In this document: one piece after another, positions 31,131 to 44,399 of the stretch
How the letters are laid out: each line of letters begins with the position of its first letter
Position numbering within the stretch: the stretch's first letter is position 1
Assembly: GCF_003790525.1 (NCBI RefSeq)
Contig: NZ_CP033635.1
Direction: 5' to 3' (one strand)
From: Escherichia coli
Lineage (GTDB): Bacteria; Pseudomonadota; Gammaproteobacteria; Enterobacterales; Enterobacteriaceae
Length of the DNA: 64,000 nucleotides
The notes under the pieces: model-generated
The model's input: only the letters and a program-made list of their open reading frames with translations
The model's database searches: none
What the model was told of the DNA's origin: nothing
Program-made: the position numbers and the translations under genes

Positions 31131-32420
31131 ATGAAAGTATTAGTGATTGGTAACGGCGGGCGCGAGCACGCGCTGGCCTGGAAAGCGGCCCAGTCGCCGC
31201 TGGTTGAAACTGTTTTTGTTGCTCCGGGTAACGCAGGCACTGCGCTGGAGCCTGCACTGCAAAACGTCGCTATCGGCGTAACCGATATCCCGGCGCTGCT
31301 GGATTTCGCGCAAAACGAAAAGATCGATCTAACCATCGTCGGCCCGGAAGCGCCGCTGGTGAAAGGCGTGGTCGATACCTTCCGCGCCGCCGGGATGAAA
31401 ATCTTCGGCCCAACCGCAGGTGCCGCGCAGCTGGAAGGCTCGAAAGCGTTTACCAAGGATTTCCTGGCCCGCCATCAGATCCCTACGGCGGAATACCAGA
31501 ACTTCACCGAGGTAGAACCTGCGCTGGCGTATCTGCGTGAGAAAGGCGCGCCAATCGTCATTAAAGCTGACGGTCTGGCTGCCGGGAAAGGCGTTATCGT
31601 GGCGATGACGCAGGAAGAAGCGGAAGCGGCTGTTCACGATATGCTGGCGGGCAACGCTTTTGGCGACGCGGGGCATCGCATCGTTATCGAAGAGTTCCTC
31701 GACGGCGAAGAAGCGAGCTTTATCGTGATGGTGGACGGTGAGCATGTGCTGCCGATGGCCACCAGCCAGGATCACAAACGCGTAGGCGATAAAGATACCG
31801 GGCCGAACACCGGCGGGATGGGCGCTTACTCCCCTGCGCCAGTAGTGACCGATGAGGTTCATCAGCGCACGATGGAACGAATCATCTGGCCAACCGTGAA
31901 AGGCATGGCGGCAGAAGGCAACACCTACACTGGTTTTCTCTACGCGGGCCTGATGATCGACAAACAGGGCAATCCGAAGGTTATTGAATTTAACTGCCGC
32001 TTTGGCGATCCAGAAACCCAACCGATTATGCTGCGCATGAAGTCCGATCTGGTTGAACTCTGCCTGGCAGCCTGTGAAGGCAAGCTGGACGAGAAAACGT
32101 CCGAGTGGGATGAACGCGCTTCTCTCGGCGTGGTGATGGCTGCGGGTGGATATCCGGGCGATTACCGCACCGGCGATGTGATCCACGGCCTGCCGCTGGA
32201 AGAAGTGTCTGACGGCAAAGTGTTCCACGCGGGCACGAAACTGGCGGATGACGAGCAGGTAGTGACCAGCGGCGGGCGCGTACTGTGCGTCACCGCGCTG
32301 GGTCATACCGTGGCAGAAGCGCAGAAACGCGCTTATGCCTTAATGACCGATATCCATTGGGACGACTGCTTCTGCCGGAAAGATATCGGCTGGCGCGCTA
32401 TCGAACGCGAGCAGAACTAA
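31131..32420 (+). CDS. purD: Phosphoribosylamine-glycine ligase
   Basis: 429 aa, ATP-grasp fold; matches PurD; operon partner of purH. Confidence 0.95.
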   Translation: MKVLVIGNGGREHALAWKAAQSPLVETVFVAPGNAGTALEPALQNVAIGVTDIPALLDFAQNEKIDLTIVGPEAPLVKGVVDTFRAAGMKIFGPTAGAAQLEGSKAFTKDFLARHQIPTAEYQNFTEVEPALAYLREKGAPIVIKADGLAAGKGVIVAMTQEEAEAAVHDMLAGNAFGDAGHRIVIEEFLDGEEASFIVMVDGEHVLPMATSQDHKRVGDKDTGPNTGGMGAYSPAPVVTDEVHQRTMERIIWPTVKGMAAEGNTYTGFLYAGLMIDKQGNPKVIEFNCRFGDPETQPIMLRMKSDLVELCLAACEGKLDEKTSEWDERASLGVVMAAGGYPGDYRTGDVIHGLPLEEVSDGKVFHAGTKLADDEQVVTSGGRVLCVTALGHTVAEAQKRAYALMTDIHWDDCFCRKDIGWRAIEREQN

Positions 32421-33742
32421 CGCGACAGTTTTGCCAAGAGCGTTTTGCGCGTGATCCCTAACTGACGGGCGGCTTCGGTTTTGTTGCCGCCCGTTTTCTC
32501 CAGTGCCGCAAGAATCACCTCTTTTTCGACTTCCACCAGCGGCTGAATATCCTGACTTTGTACCAGCGGGATCGGCGTACTCGCAATCGCCAGCGGCAGC
32601 TCGCGTTCGGAAATATATTCCCCGGTCAGCAGCACCACCGCCCGTTCCACCGCGTTTTCCAGTTCACGAATATTTCCCGGCCAGTCGTAGTGAATCAGCA
32701 GATCCATCGCCTGGGGCGTAAAACCTTTTACCGCCTTGCGATTACGCTCGGCAAAGCGCTGAAGAAAATGGTTTGTCAGCAGAGGAATATCTTCCCGCCG
32801 CTGACGCAGCGACGGAACTTCAATCGCCACCACGTTCAGGCGATAGTAGAGATCCTGGCGAAAACGCCCGGCATTCACCTCTGCGGCAAGATCGCGATGA
32901 GTCGCCGCAATCAGCCGGACATCAACCGAGATGGTCTGGTTGCTGCCGACACGCTGAACTTCGCGCTCCTGAATCGCACGTAGCAGACGCACCTGCATCA
33001 TCGGCGAGATATCGCCAATTTCATCGAGAAACAACGTGCCGCCGTCCGCCTCAACAAAGCGCCCCTCCCGCCGTTTGTCGGCCCCGGTAAACGCCCCTTT
33101 TTCGTGACCGAACAATTCAGATTCCAGCAAGGATTCGTTGAGTGCCGCACAGTTGAGCGTTACCAGTGGTTTTTCACTCCGTGCGCTACTGGCGTGAATC
33201 GCCCTGGCGACCAGCTCTTTACCGGTGCCGGAATCGCCATGGATCAGCACCGTGGCTTCCGATGGCGCGACGAGGGCGATTTCACTGAGCAGGTGTTGCA
33301 TCGCCGGGCTTTTACCGACCATACCGAACTGGCTGGCAGACACCGCAGGCGTTTCAGCGTCAATACTGTGCGTATGCGCGAGGGCCTTTTCCAGCGTCGC
33401 CTGCAGGTTATCGAAATCCAGCGGCTTGATGAGATAATCCAGCGCCCCGGTTTTCAACGCCTCTACCGCCGTCTCGACGCTGGAGTACGCGGTCATAATC
33501 AGTACCGGAATTGCCGGATTTAACGCTTTGATCTCTTTGAGCGTGGCGATGCCGTCCATCTCTGCCATTCGCACATCGCAAAGCACAAGATCAAAAACCT
33601 GTTCCCGCACCTGCTCCAGCGCCTGTCGCCCGCTGTTCGCCAGCGCGACGTTATAGCCCCAGCCGCGCAGTAAAGCCTGCAAAATAGTGCAGTGGCTAAT
33701 GTCATCATCCACCACCAGAATATCGATATTATCGTGCGTCAT
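32417..33742 (-). CDS. zraR: Sigma-54-dependent two-component response regulator
   Basis: 441 aa with receiver domain, AAA+ sigma-54 activator domain (GESGTGKE and GAFTGA motifs) and C-terminal HTH; its stop overlaps the purD stop. Confidence 0.9.
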   Translation of the reverse strand: MTHDNIDILVVDDDISHCTILQALLRGWGYNVALANSGRQALEQVREQVFDLVLCDVRMAEMDGIATLKEIKALNPAIPVLIMTAYSSVETAVEALKTGALDYLIKPLDFDNLQATLEKALAHTHSIDAETPAVSASQFGMVGKSPAMQHLLSEIALVAPSEATVLIHGDSGTGKELVARAIHASSARSEKPLVTLNCAALNESLLESELFGHEKGAFTGADKRREGRFVEADGGTLFLDEIGDISPMMQVRLLRAIQEREVQRVGSNQTISVDVRLIAATHRDLAAEVNAGRFRQDLYYRLNVVAIEVPSLRQRREDIPLLTNHFLQRFAERNRKAVKGFTPQAMDLLIHYDWPGNIRELENAVERAVVLLTGEYISERELPLAIASTPIPLVQSQDIQPLVEVEKEVILAALEKTGGNKTEAARQLGITRKTLLAKLSR

Positions 33743-35115
33743 CCTTGTGGGTCCTTACGCGTAATATTGACCGGAAGCCAGAGGGTGAACGTTGCGCCTT
33801 TTCCCTCCTGGCTTGCGACCTGAATTGTACCACCGTGTTGTTCAACAATATTATGCACGACCGCCAGCCCCAGTCCGGTGCCTTCGGCTTTGGTGGTGAA
33901 GTACGGGGTGAAGATGGCTTCAAGCTGATCTGCCGCAATTCCCTTACCGCTGTCGGTAACGCTGATTTTCACACCCGTGCCGCTTTCGCTGGCCGTCACG
34001 CTAATCACGCCATGCTGACCAATCGCCTGAATAGCATTGAGATAGAGATTCAACAGGACCTGAGTCAGCCTGTCCGGATCGGCCTGAATTTCCGGTAATG
34101 TGTCGTTGGCGGTAAAGCGTAACTGGATCTCCCGGCTGTTTGCATCCTGGCTTACCAGCTGTAATGAGTGGTTAATCAGCGTGTTGAGATCCACCGCCTG
34201 CAAAGCCAGATGCGTTGGCTTAACCAGTTCCAGCAACTCGCTTACCACGCGGTTTAAACGGTCGGCTTCTTTCGCCATCACCTGCGCCAGTTGATGCGCT
34301 TCTCCCCCTGCTGGCGCGCGTTCGGCAAAGTATTTCGCCAGCCCTTTAATCGAGGAAAGTGGGTTACGGATTTCGTGGGCAACACCTGCCGCAAGGTGCC
34401 CCAGCGCCACCAGCTTCTCTTTGCGCTTCATTTCATCCTGCAACAACTGGCGCGAGCGCAGATAGCGACGATACCAGAAGAATGACAACACGCTTGCCAG
34501 CAAGACCGTCGCCAGGGCGAAGAGGATAATCAGGGTGTTTCTCTGCTCACGATCTTCGGCACTCACAATGTTACTGGCGTCGAAAGCAATGAAAATTGCT
34601 TGTGGTGTCGCGGCATATTGCTGCATATGGCGCATCCGGTGCATTCCAGCAGCAAACATCGGTTGAAACTGGCGATAAATTTCCAGAACAGGCTCGCCGT
34701 CTGCGCTATCGATCCGCCGCCACGCTTCTTCATCTCCCGGATGTAACTGCTGCATTTCCTGCGGGGAATAAAGCTGTTTTCCCACCATGCCGGAGTTGCT
34801 ATGCATCACGATTGTTCCTTGTTCATCCGTGACCGCAAACCAACGTACACCAGGCTGCCCGGCCATTTCTTCCAGTAATGCCTGCTGCTGCGCATGATGC
34901 ATGCGCATCCCCATGCCGACGCGCGAGCCGGATTCGAGAGCACGGATAAGTACACTGCCTTTTTCCAGCAGCGTTTGTCTGGCGGCGGCAGTCTCGCGCC
35001 CATAATCGCGAATCACTGTCACCGCAAACAGCCCCACCAGCCCAACAATGACCACGGGGAGGATCGCGCTTAACCATTTAGCTAAGGAGTCTTTAGAACG
35101 TTGCATAAAACGCAT
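33739..35115 (-). CDS. zraS: Two-component sensor histidine kinase
   Basis: 458 aa with transmembrane segments, an H-box (HEIRNPL) and an ATPase domain; overlaps the zraR start. Confidence 0.9.
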   Translation of the reverse strand: MRFMQRSKDSLAKWLSAILPVVIVGLVGLFAVTVIRDYGRETAAARQTLLEKGSVLIRALESGSRVGMGMRMHHAQQQALLEEMAGQPGVRWFAVTDEQGTIVMHSNSGMVGKQLYSPQEMQQLHPGDEEAWRRIDSADGEPVLEIYRQFQPMFAAGMHRMRHMQQYAATPQAIFIAFDASNIVSAEDREQRNTLIILFALATVLLASVLSFFWYRRYLRSRQLLQDEMKRKEKLVALGHLAAGVAHEIRNPLSSIKGLAKYFAERAPAGGEAHQLAQVMAKEADRLNRVVSELLELVKPTHLALQAVDLNTLINHSLQLVSQDANSREIQLRFTANDTLPEIQADPDRLTQVLLNLYLNAIQAIGQHGVISVTASESGTGVKISVTDSGKGIAADQLEAIFTPYFTTKAEGTGLGLAVVHNIVEQHGGTIQVASQEGKGATFTLWLPVNITRKDPQG

Positions 35116-35146
35116 CTTCTTCTTTGCCTGCTCATCCCTTTCTGAC

Positions 35147-35162
35147 AGCAGAAATCATGCCA
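35147..35162 (-). promoter_or_regulatory. Sigma-54 promoter for zraSR
   Basis: Minus-strand TGGCATGATTTCTGCT matches the -24/-12 consensus (TGGCAC-N5-TTGCA/T). Confidence 0.7.
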
Positions 35163-35213
35163 TCTTTTATCAGCGCTTACCCTGCGCTGTAACACAAAGG
35201 CTTAAGTTTCAAT

Positions 35214-35259
35214 GAGTAAAAATGACTCGCTACCCGCAGCAGGCGAGTCATTTTTACTC
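35214..35259. promoter_or_regulatory. ZraR enhancer: perfect 17-bp inverted repeats
   Basis: GAGTAAAAATGACTCGC - 12 nt - GCGAGTCATTTTTACTC, midway between the divergent sigma-54 promoters. Confidence 0.75.
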
Positions 35260-35301
35260 GTTTATCATGCCAGATTACCCGTCATATCAGCGTTTCGCCG
35301 T

Positions 35302-35317
35302 TGGCACGGAAGATGCA
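35302..35317 (+). promoter_or_regulatory. Sigma-54 promoter for zraP
   Basis: TGGCACGGAAGATGCA matches the -24/-12 consensus, 35 nt upstream of the zraP start. Confidence 0.8.
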
Positions 35318-35352
35318 ATACCCGAAGTAAGACAACCACTGGAGGATTAACC

Positions 35353-35772
35353 ATGAAACGGAACACGAAAATTGCCCTGGTAATGATGGCGCTTTCAGCA
35401 ATGGCGATGGGATCGACATCGGCATTTGCTCACGGCGGACATGGTATGTGGCAGCAAAATGCCGCGCCTTTGACCAGCGAACAACAGACAGTCTGGCAAA
35501 AAATTCATAATGACTTTTACGCCCAAAGCAGCGTGCTGCAACAAAAACTGGTGACGAAGCGTTATGAATACAACGCGTTGTTAGCCGCGAACCCACCGGA
35601 TAGCAGCAAAATCAATGCCGTTGCTAAAGAGATGGAAACGCTGCGTCAATCATTAGACGAGTTACGGGTTAAACGCGATATTGCGATGGCTGAAGCGGGT
35701 ATCCCGCGCGGTTGCGGTATGGGTTACGGTGGTTGCGATGGTGGCGGTCATATGGGTATGGGCCACTGGTAA
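35353..35772 (+). CDS. zraP: Periplasmic zinc-resistance-associated protein
   Basis: ATG at 35353 with GGAGGA ribosome-binding site; signal peptide (MKRNTKIALVMMALSAMAMGSTSAFA); Gly/His/Met-rich C-terminus. Confidence 0.9.
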   Translation: MKRNTKIALVMMALSAMAMGSTSAFAHGGHGMWQQNAAPLTSEQQTVWQKIHNDFYAQSSVLQQKLVTKRYEYNALLAANPPDSSKINAVAKEMETLRQSLDELRVKRDIAMAEAGIPRGCGMGYGGCDGGGHMGMGHW

Positions 35773-35773
35773 A

Positions 35774-36469
35774 TCAGAACGTTTTCTCGTTGGGTTGCCA
35801 GCGACAGAAATCAGAGTTTGCCACCAACAGTAATTGCGAACCTTCGGGCGCTTCCAGCCATGCCACGCTGACATCAACAGAAGAGCGGCTCTGGCGGCGC
35901 TCGATATGCGCTATCGCCTGCGAATCTAAATCAGGTTTAATGGTTTGCCCTTCGCAGGTGGTCACAGTCTGCTCCATCGCATGCCAGCGCCCCTGGCGCA
36001 GCACGACTCTCCCCTGACGTAAGGCATCGCTAATCTGGCGGATCTGATCAGCACGATAACGGTATAAATCGATTTGGTCGTTAGAAAGCTGCTGCTTTTC
36101 CCCATCGGATTCACGTTGCATAAAGCTCAGATCGCCGCGATCGTCAAAACGCGCGCGAATGTTCACCGGCGGTTTGCTGTAAACATTGATATTGATGAGC
36201 GTGAGGTTATCGCCCTGCCAGCGATACTCTCGCGTTGTGGTATCGCCACTGCGCCACGGGCTAAACACGGCAAGCAGATGCACATTATCGCCGCTGTCTT
36301 TTCGCCAGATGCGTACCGCGCCCTGGTCTTCAGCAAATCCACTGGCGGTAAAGGGAGGAAGTGAAGAGTTGTGACTACAGGCAGTGAGAAACAGAGCGCC
36401 AGCCAGCATCAATGATCGACGCCAGAAAGACAAAAGGGGTGAAACCACCCCTTCGTTAAAACTGTTCAC
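35774..36469 (-). CDS. yjaH: DUF1481 putative lipoprotein YjaH
   Basis: Lipoprotein signal with LTAC lipobox; GTG start at 36469 chosen from the remembered K-12 hupA-yjaH spacing (ORF track extends to 36475). Confidence 0.7.
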   Translation of the reverse strand: MNSFNEGVVSPLLSFWRRSLMLAGALFLTACSHNSSLPPFTASGFAEDQGAVRIWRKDSGDNVHLLAVFSPWRSGDTTTREYRWQGDNLTLININVYSKPPVNIRARFDDRGDLSFMQRESDGEKQQLSNDQIDLYRYRADQIRQISDALRQGRVVLRQGRWHAMEQTVTTCEGQTIKPDLDSQAIAHIERRQSRSSVDVSVAWLEAPEGSQLLLVANSDFCRWQPNEKTF

Positions 36470-36481
36470 TGCCACGCAATC

Positions 36482-36754
36482 TTACTTAACTGCGTCTTTC
36501 AGTGCCTTGCCAGAAACAAATGCCGGTACGTTAGCTGCGGCAATTTTGATTTCTTTACCGGTCTGCGGGTTGCGGCCAGTACGCTCAGCGCGGTGGTTCA
36601 CTTTGAAGGTACCGAAACCAACCAGTTGTACAGCATCGCCTTCTTTCAGAGACTCAGTAATTGCAGCCAGAGTGGACTCCAGAGCAGCTTTAGCCTGGGT
36701 TTTGGACAGTTCTGCTTTCTCTGCAATTACATCAATCAGTTGAGTCTTGTTCAT
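36482..36754 (-). CDS. hupA: DNA-binding protein HU-alpha
   Basis: 90 aa; [90 protein letters not shown]. Confidence 0.95.
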
Positions 36755-36940
36755 AAGTTATCCTTACAATGTGTTTATCGCTTGCTAAGCATCGAGTGCG
36801 ACGGAAATGCCAGAATAGCACTCTCCTGCATACACGCACCGATAGCCACTTTTTTTCGCCCCCCAAATGTAGACCAGACGGGGGGCGAAAGGGAAGACTC
36901 CAGGTACGACAAATCAGGCGTTAAATCACGTTTTCTGGTC

Positions 36941-37531
36941 TTATTGCTGAAAAATTATACCAATATTGCTCTCACCCGCCTCACGCAGGTCTGCCCTAAG
37001 GCCTTTTATCAGCTCGATATCGCGTTCTTCGCACTCAGCTAAAAGTCGGAATATTTCCCACTGAATGTCCCATTCTTGCTCTACAGCTGGGTTTTCTTTG
37101 AGCTCTTCATCGCTCATTTCGCGACCAGCCTGAGTCATTTCCAGCATCGCAACGGTCGTGATGGAGGTCTTACTCACTTCCACCGCGTGTTCGAGCGTTT
37201 CGCCACTTAAACGCGAATGGACCAGTTCACTTAACGCCACGCATGCATCGATTGCCGGATAAACGCCGTACAGATCGAAATCGTCGGCTGAAGGAATCGC
37301 TTCTTCAAATTTCTCCAGTTGGCTGTCGAAATTTACTTTTGCGTCTTTGACGGTCAGCGTTTCCCAGATGAGATCGAGAATGCGGCGGTAAATTTGCCCA
37401 TCACCAAAACCGGTTTGCTGGCAGAACATGGCGTAATTGGGGTACATGCGTTCGCATAAGCAAGCCATGAAAGTGACGTGCTGCCAGCTTTCCAGGCGCT
37501 CCAGACGCAGATGAATTGGGTTTTGTAACAT
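36941..37531 (-). CDS. yjaG: DUF416 family protein YjaG
   Basis: 196 aa, ATG confirmed; conserved position between nfi and hupA. Confidence 0.8.
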   Translation of the reverse strand: MLQNPIHLRLERLESWQHVTFMACLCERMYPNYAMFCQQTGFGDGQIYRRILDLIWETLTVKDAKVNFDSQLEKFEEAIPSADDFDLYGVYPAIDACVALSELVHSRLSGETLEHAVEVSKTSITTVAMLEMTQAGREMSDEELKENPAVEQEWDIQWEIFRLLAECEERDIELIKGLRADLREAGESNIGIIFQQ

Positions 37532-37573
37532 GTTGAGTTCTCAAATACGGAAATTATCCGCAGTTTACCTGAA

Positions 37574-38245
37574 TTAGGGCTGATTTGCTGTATAGCGCAC
37601 GAACGCCGGACGTTCCGAGGCCACCGCGTCCGCCCAGCGCGTTGGCTCCGGCAGACGATAGCCTTTCATGCAGCGTTGTACCCACGCCAGCGCGCTGTCC
37701 ACGCTGACCCGATGACCGGTAGCGATAAACAACGGGTTACAGCGCGCTTTGCTGCGCCAGACCCAGGCCAGCTGCTCGCCTTTATCCATCAGTGGGGCCA
37801 GCGCGCCCGGTTCGCTGGAGAGCGGTTCGAATTTACCGCAGAGCCGTTTTTTCGCCACGCCAATGGTCGGCACATCCACCAGCAAACCAAAGTGGCTGGC
37901 AACGCCAAGACGGCGAGGATGCGAGATCCCGTGACCATCGACAAACACTAAATCCGGCTTTTGTGACAGCATCTCCCACGCTGCCAGCAGCGCAGGATAT
38001 TCGCGGAAGGAGAGAAAACCTGGAATGTAAGGCATGGTGGTGGCGATGCGGGCCACTTTATACTCCACCAGCTCAAGCGAGGGGTATTTCAGCAGCACCA
38101 TCGCCGCTCGCGTCACTTCTCCGCCCTGCTCAAATCCGACATCGGCTCCGGCGATCAGATCCGGCGGATCTTTATCGAGTCGATCCTCGCGGATCACAGA
38201 AGAAGCCAGTTCAATTTGTTGAGCGCGTAATGACGCGAGATCCAT
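37574..38245 (-). CDS. nfi: Endonuclease V
   Basis: 223 aa; [44 protein letters not shown]... matches Nfi. Confidence 0.95.
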
Positions 38246-38254
38246 AATCGCTCC

Positions 38255-39319
38255 TTAGCGGTGATACTGTTCAGACAAGCGATGCACTGCCTCCACAAAC
38301 ACGCCAGCATGTTCTGGCGGCACATCCTGATGAATGCCGTGACCAAGGTTAAAGACATGACCTTCGCCGTGACCGAAACCGGCAAGTATAGTCGCAACTT
38401 CTTCTTCAATGCGGGCAGGTGGCGCGTACAGCATCGACGGATCCATATTACCCTGCAGCGCGACTTTATTGCCCACGCGACGGCGCGCATCGGCGATGTC
38501 CGTTGTCCAGTCGAGGCCCAGCGCATCGCAACCGGTTTCTGCCATCGCTTCCAGCCACTGTCCGCCACCTTTGGTAAACAGCGTGACCGGTACGCGGCGA
38601 CCGTCGTTTTCACGCAGTAAACCATCAACAATTTTATGCATGTAATAGAGCGAGAACTGTTGATAATCGCGCCCGGTAAGCACGCCGCCCCAGGTGTCGA
38701 AAATCATCACTGCCTGAGCACCGGCTTTAATCTGCGCATTCAGATACAAAGTGACGCTTTTCGCCAGTTTATCGAGTAGCGCGTGCAGCGCCTGCGGATC
38801 GGCATACATCATTTTTTTGATCACGGTGAAGGCTTTGCTGCTGCCGCCTTCCACCATGTAGGTCGCCAGCGTCCACGGGCTGCCAGAAAAACCAATCAGC
38901 GGCACTTCGCCTTTCAGTTCGCGACGAATGGTACGCACCGCGTTCATCACGTAACCCAGCTCATCTTCCGGGTCCGGAATTGGCAGTTTATCGACGTCGG
39001 CTTTGCAGGTGACTGGCGAGGTAAAACGCGGACCTTCTCCGGCTTCAAAATAGAGCCCTAACCCCATCGCGTCCGGCACGGTGAGGATATCGGAAAAGAG
39101 GATCGCCGCATCCAGCGGGTAGCGACGCAGCGGTTGCAAAGTCACTTCGCACGCCAGCTCGGCGTTTTTGCACAGCGACATAAAATCGCCCGCCTGGGCG
39201 CGCGTGGCTTTATATTCCGGTAGATAGCGACCCGCCTGGCGCATCATCCATACTGGAGTGACATCAACGGGCTGGCGCAGCAGCGCCCGCAGATAACGAT
39301 CGTTTTTAAGTTCGGTCAT
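38255..39319 (-). CDS. hemE: Uroporphyrinogen decarboxylase
   Basis: 354 aa; [36 protein letters not shown]... matches HemE. Confidence 0.95.
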   Translation of the reverse strand: MTELKNDRYLRALLRQPVDVTPVWMMRQAGRYLPEYKATRAQAGDFMSLCKNAELACEVTLQPLRRYPLDAAILFSDILTVPDAMGLGLYFEAGEGPRFTSPVTCKADVDKLPIPDPEDELGYVMNAVRTIRRELKGEVPLIGFSGSPWTLATYMVEGGSSKAFTVIKKMMYADPQALHALLDKLAKSVTLYLNAQIKAGAQAVMIFDTWGGVLTGRDYQQFSLYYMHKIVDGLLRENDGRRVPVTLFTKGGGQWLEAMAETGCDALGLDWTTDIADARRRVGNKVALQGNMDPSMLYAPPARIEEEVATILAGFGHGEGHVFNLGHGIHQDVPPEHAGVFVEAVHRLSEQYHR

Positions 39320-39358
39320 TTTGGCTGTTCCTTAGTGCGTCAGGCGGTCAGTGTATCA

Positions 39359-40132
39359 TCACTCATACTCTGCCCGACACATCGCCACTGTATCTTCTAT
39401 CAGACGGCGCGCTACGGTGCCGGGCGGCGGGAGTAACGGCAAATCGTCATAGCGATACCAGTTCGCCTCAAGCAATTCTTTCGGGTCGATCACGATCTCG
39501 CCGCTGTCATATTCCGCCATAAACGCGGTCATTAAAGACTGAGGAAACGGCCACGGCTGGGAAGTCACGTAACGCAAGTTTTTAACTTTAATTCCGCTCT
39601 CTTCCATCACTTCCCGCGCGACAGCCTGCTCGAGGGTTTCGCCCACTTCGACGAATCCGGCAAGTACCGTATGGACACCGTTACGATGGCGGGTATGCTG
39701 GGCGAGGAGGATCGAATCATCGCGACGGATGGCAACAATAATGCAGGGGGCGATTTGCGGGTAGTAACGCTCACGGCAATGGCTGCACAGCATCGCCCAT
39801 TCGGTTTTGCTTGGATACATTTCATGCCCGCAGTAACCACAGTATTTATGCGATCGGTAAAACTCCGCCAGTTGCACGCCACGTCCGGCCAGTTGAAACA
39901 GCCCAACATCGAGATCAATGACCTGACGTACCGACCCCATATCGTGACGCCGCTGCTGTTGTACTAACCAAACAGGTTCCCCCTGCCATTCGCCGATTTG
40001 TAGTGCGCGCTGACCCACAAGATCGAAATTTGCCGCTTCGCCATATGGCAATTCTCCCTTCGGCAACCATAATTTTTGTTCATGGCTGACGACCCACCAG
40101 CCGTGATCTAATTTTTCAATTATACGATCCAT
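39359..40132 (-). CDS. nudC: NADH pyrophosphatase (Nudix hydrolase)
   Basis: 257 aa with Nudix box and a zinc-ribbon cysteine cluster. Confidence 0.9.
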   Translation of the reverse strand: MDRIIEKLDHGWWVVSHEQKLWLPKGELPYGEAANFDLVGQRALQIGEWQGEPVWLVQQQRRHDMGSVRQVIDLDVGLFQLAGRGVQLAEFYRSHKYCGYCGHEMYPSKTEWAMLCSHCRERYYPQIAPCIIVAIRRDDSILLAQHTRHRNGVHTVLAGFVEVGETLEQAVAREVMEESGIKVKNLRYVTSQPWPFPQSLMTAFMAEYDSGEIVIDPKELLEANWYRYDDLPLLPPPGTVARRLIEDTVAMCRAEYE

Positions 40133-40226
40133 AGCTCTTGCACTACCTTTGCATCACTGGCATGTTTAACATGGTTTTTACATTTCTCACTGAGCAGTTT
40201 TTGAATACAAACTTGCGGAGTCAATC

Positions 40227-40703
40227 ATGCTTAACCAGCTCGATAACCTGACGGAGCGCGTCAGAGGAAGTAACAAACTGGTTGATCGCTGGCTACATGT
40301 ACGTAAGCATCTGCTCGTGGCTTACTACAATCTGGTTGGCATTAAGCCTGGCAAAGAATCGTACATGAGGCTAAACGAAAAAGCCCTTGATGATTTTTGT
40401 CAGAGCCTGGTCGATTACTTGTCTGCCGGACATTTCAGTATTTATGAGCGCATTCTTCATAAGCTGGAAGGCAACGGGCAACTCGCGCGCGCCGCGAAGA
40501 TTTGGCCGCAACTCGAAGCCAATACCCAACAGATCATGGATTACTACGATTCCAGCCTGGAAACCGCCATCGATCATGATAATTACCTTGAGTTTCAACA
40601 GGTTTTATCTGACATCGGCGAGGCGCTGGAAGCGCGCTTTGTGCTGGAAGATAAGCTGATTCTGCTGGTGCTTGACGCCGCCCGCGTCAAACATCCTGCT
40701 TGA
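40227..40703 (+). CDS. rsd: Regulator of sigma D (anti-sigma-70 factor)
   Basis: 158 aa; MLNQLDNLTERVRGSNKLVDRWLHVRKHLLVAYYNLVGIKPGK... matches Rsd. Confidence 0.9.
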   Translation: MLNQLDNLTERVRGSNKLVDRWLHVRKHLLVAYYNLVGIKPGKESYMRLNEKALDDFCQSLVDYLSAGHFSIYERILHKLEGNGQLARAAKIWPQLEANTQQIMDYYDSSLETAIDHDNYLEFQQVLSDIGEALEARFVLEDKLILLVLDAARVKHPA

Positions 40704-40754
40704 GTTCTGCGCTGTTAACGCGTAATTTACATTCAACGCCCCGTTTGTGGGGCT

Positions 40755-40925
40755 AATTTCTTGTCGGAGTGCCTTAACTGGCTGAGACCGTTTATTCGGG
40801 ATCCGCGGAACCTGATCAGGCTAATACCTGCGAAGGGAACAAGAGTTAATCTGCTATCGCATCGCCTTTGCGGCGATCGTCTCTTGCTTCATCCGTCGTC
40901 TGACAAGCCACGTCCTTAACTTTTT
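40755..40925 (+). ncRNA. TPP (thiamine pyrophosphate) riboswitch / thi-box leader of thiC
   Basis: Conserved thi-box elements GGAGUGCC, CUGAGA and ACCUGAUCAGGCUAAUACCUGCGAAGGGAAC at 40765-40839, with an expression platform extending to the thiC ribosome-binding site. Confidence 0.85.
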
Positions 40926-40932
40926 GGAATGA

Positions 40933-42830
<1,898 letters not shown>

Positions 42831-42831
<1 letters not shown>

Positions 42832-43466
42832 TGTATCAGCCTGAGTTTCCTCCTGTACCCTTTCGTTTAGGACTGTACCCGGTGGTTGACAGCGTACAGT
42901 GGATCGAACGTCTGTTGGATGCAGGCGTACGTACTCTCCAGCTACGCATCAAAGATCGGCGCGATGAAGAGGTAGAAGCCGATGTCGTGGCGGCAATTGC
43001 GCTGGGCCGCCGATATAACGCGCGATTGTTTATTAATGATTACTGGCGACTGGCGATCAAGCATCAAGCATACGGCGTCCATTTGGGGCAGGAAGATTTG
43101 CAAGCCACCGATCTCAGCGCCATCCGCGCGGCAGGTCTGCGACTGGGCGTTTCGACACATGATGATATGGAAATCGACGTCGCGCTGGCGGCACGTCCTT
43201 CTTATATCGCGCTGGGACATGTGTTTCCGACACAAACCAAACAGATGCCTTCCGCACCGCAGGGGCTGGAACAGCTGGCACGGCATGTTGAGCGCCTGGT
43301 GGATTATCCCACCGTGGCGATTGGCGGTATCAGTCTGCCGCGCGCGCCTGAGGTGATAGCAACGGGTGTCGGCAGTATCGCCGTCGTCAGCGCCATTACT
43401 CAAGCCGCAGACTGGCGTTTGGCAACGGCACAGTTGCTGGAAATTGCAGGAGTTGGCGATGAATGA
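42831..43466 (+). CDS. thiE: Thiamine-phosphate synthase
   Basis: 211 aa from the ATG at 42831, overlapping the thiC stop (TGATG); the ORF track begins one codon upstream at a GTG. Confidence 0.9.
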
Positions 43467-44214
43467 CCGTGACTTTATGCGTTATAGCCGCCAAATCCTG
43501 CTCGACGATATCGCTCTGGACGGGCAGCAAAAACTGCTCGACAGCCAGGTGCTGATTATTGGTCTTGGCGGGCTGGGTACACCTGTTGCGCTATACCTGG
43601 CGGGGGCTGGCGTCGGGACGCTGGTACTGGCAGATGACGACGATGTGCATTTAAGCAATCTGCAACGACAAATCCTCTTTACCACTGAAGATATCGATCT
43701 CCCGAAATCACAGGTCAGCCAACAGCGACTGACACAGTTGAATCCCGACATTCAACTGATGGCATTACAACAACGATTAACGGGTGAGACGTTAAAAGAT
43801 GCGGTTGCACAAGCCGATGTGGTGCTCGACTGTACTGACAATATGGCGACTCGCCAGGAGATTAATGCCACCTGCGTGGCACTCAACACGCCGCTTATCA
43901 CCGCCAGCGCGGTCGGATTTGGCGGTCAGTTGATGGTACTGACGCCGCCCTGGGAGCAGGGGTGTTACCGCTGCCTGTGGCCAGATAACCAGGAGCCAGA
44001 ACGCAACTGCCGCACGGCGGGCGTGGTTGGCCCGGTGGTCGGGGTTATGGGCACTTTACAGGCACTGGAAGCCATTAAGTTATTAAGCGGTATAGAGACG
44101 CCTGCGGGAGAACTCCGACTGTTCGACGGTAAATCGAGCCAGTGGCGCAGTCTGACGTTGCGCCGCGCCAGCGGTTGCCCGGTATGTGGAGGATGCAATG
44201 CAGATCCTGTTTAA
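43459..44214 (+). CDS. thiF: ThiS adenylyltransferase (E1-like)
   Basis: 251 aa from the ATG at 43459 ([15 protein letters not shown]...); ThiF/MoeB fold with GLGGLG motif and CxxC pairs. Confidence 0.9.
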   Translation: MNDRDFMRYSRQILLDDIALDGQQKLLDSQVLIIGLGGLGTPVALYLAGAGVGTLVLADDDDVHLSNLQRQILFTTEDIDLPKSQVSQQRLTQLNPDIQLMALQQRLTGETLKDAVAQADVVLDCTDNMATRQEINATCVALNTPLITASAVGFGGQLMVLTPPWEQGCYRCLWPDNQEPERNCRTAGVVGPVVGVMGTLQALEAIKLLSGIETPAGELRLFDGKSSQWRSLTLRRASGCPVCGGCNADPV

Positions 44215-44398
44215 CGATCAACCGATGCAGTGTGTCGCCGGACTAACTGTTCACGAACTGCTGGAGCAACTCGATCAACAACAAGCAGGTGCGGCACTGG
44301 CGATTAATCAGCAAATCGTCCCGCGGGAACAATGGGCGCAACATATCGTGCAGGATGGCGACCAGATCCTGCTTTTTCAAGTTATTGCAGGGGGTTGA
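44198..44398 (+). CDS. thiS: Sulfur-carrier protein ThiS
   Basis: 66 aa ending in the diglycine GG; the ATG at 44198 overlaps the thiF 3' end. Confidence 0.9.
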   Translation: MQILFNDQPMQCVAGLTVHELLEQLDQQQAGAALAINQQIVPREQWAQHIVQDGDQILLFQVIAGG

Positions 44399-44399
44399 G

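Noticed and set aside
29659-32306. Long minus-strand ORFs antisense to purH (532 aa) and purD (325 aa)
   Set aside because: Same reasoning: fully embedded antisense frames of well-supported genes, with low-complexity Ala/Gly/Arg-rich translations.
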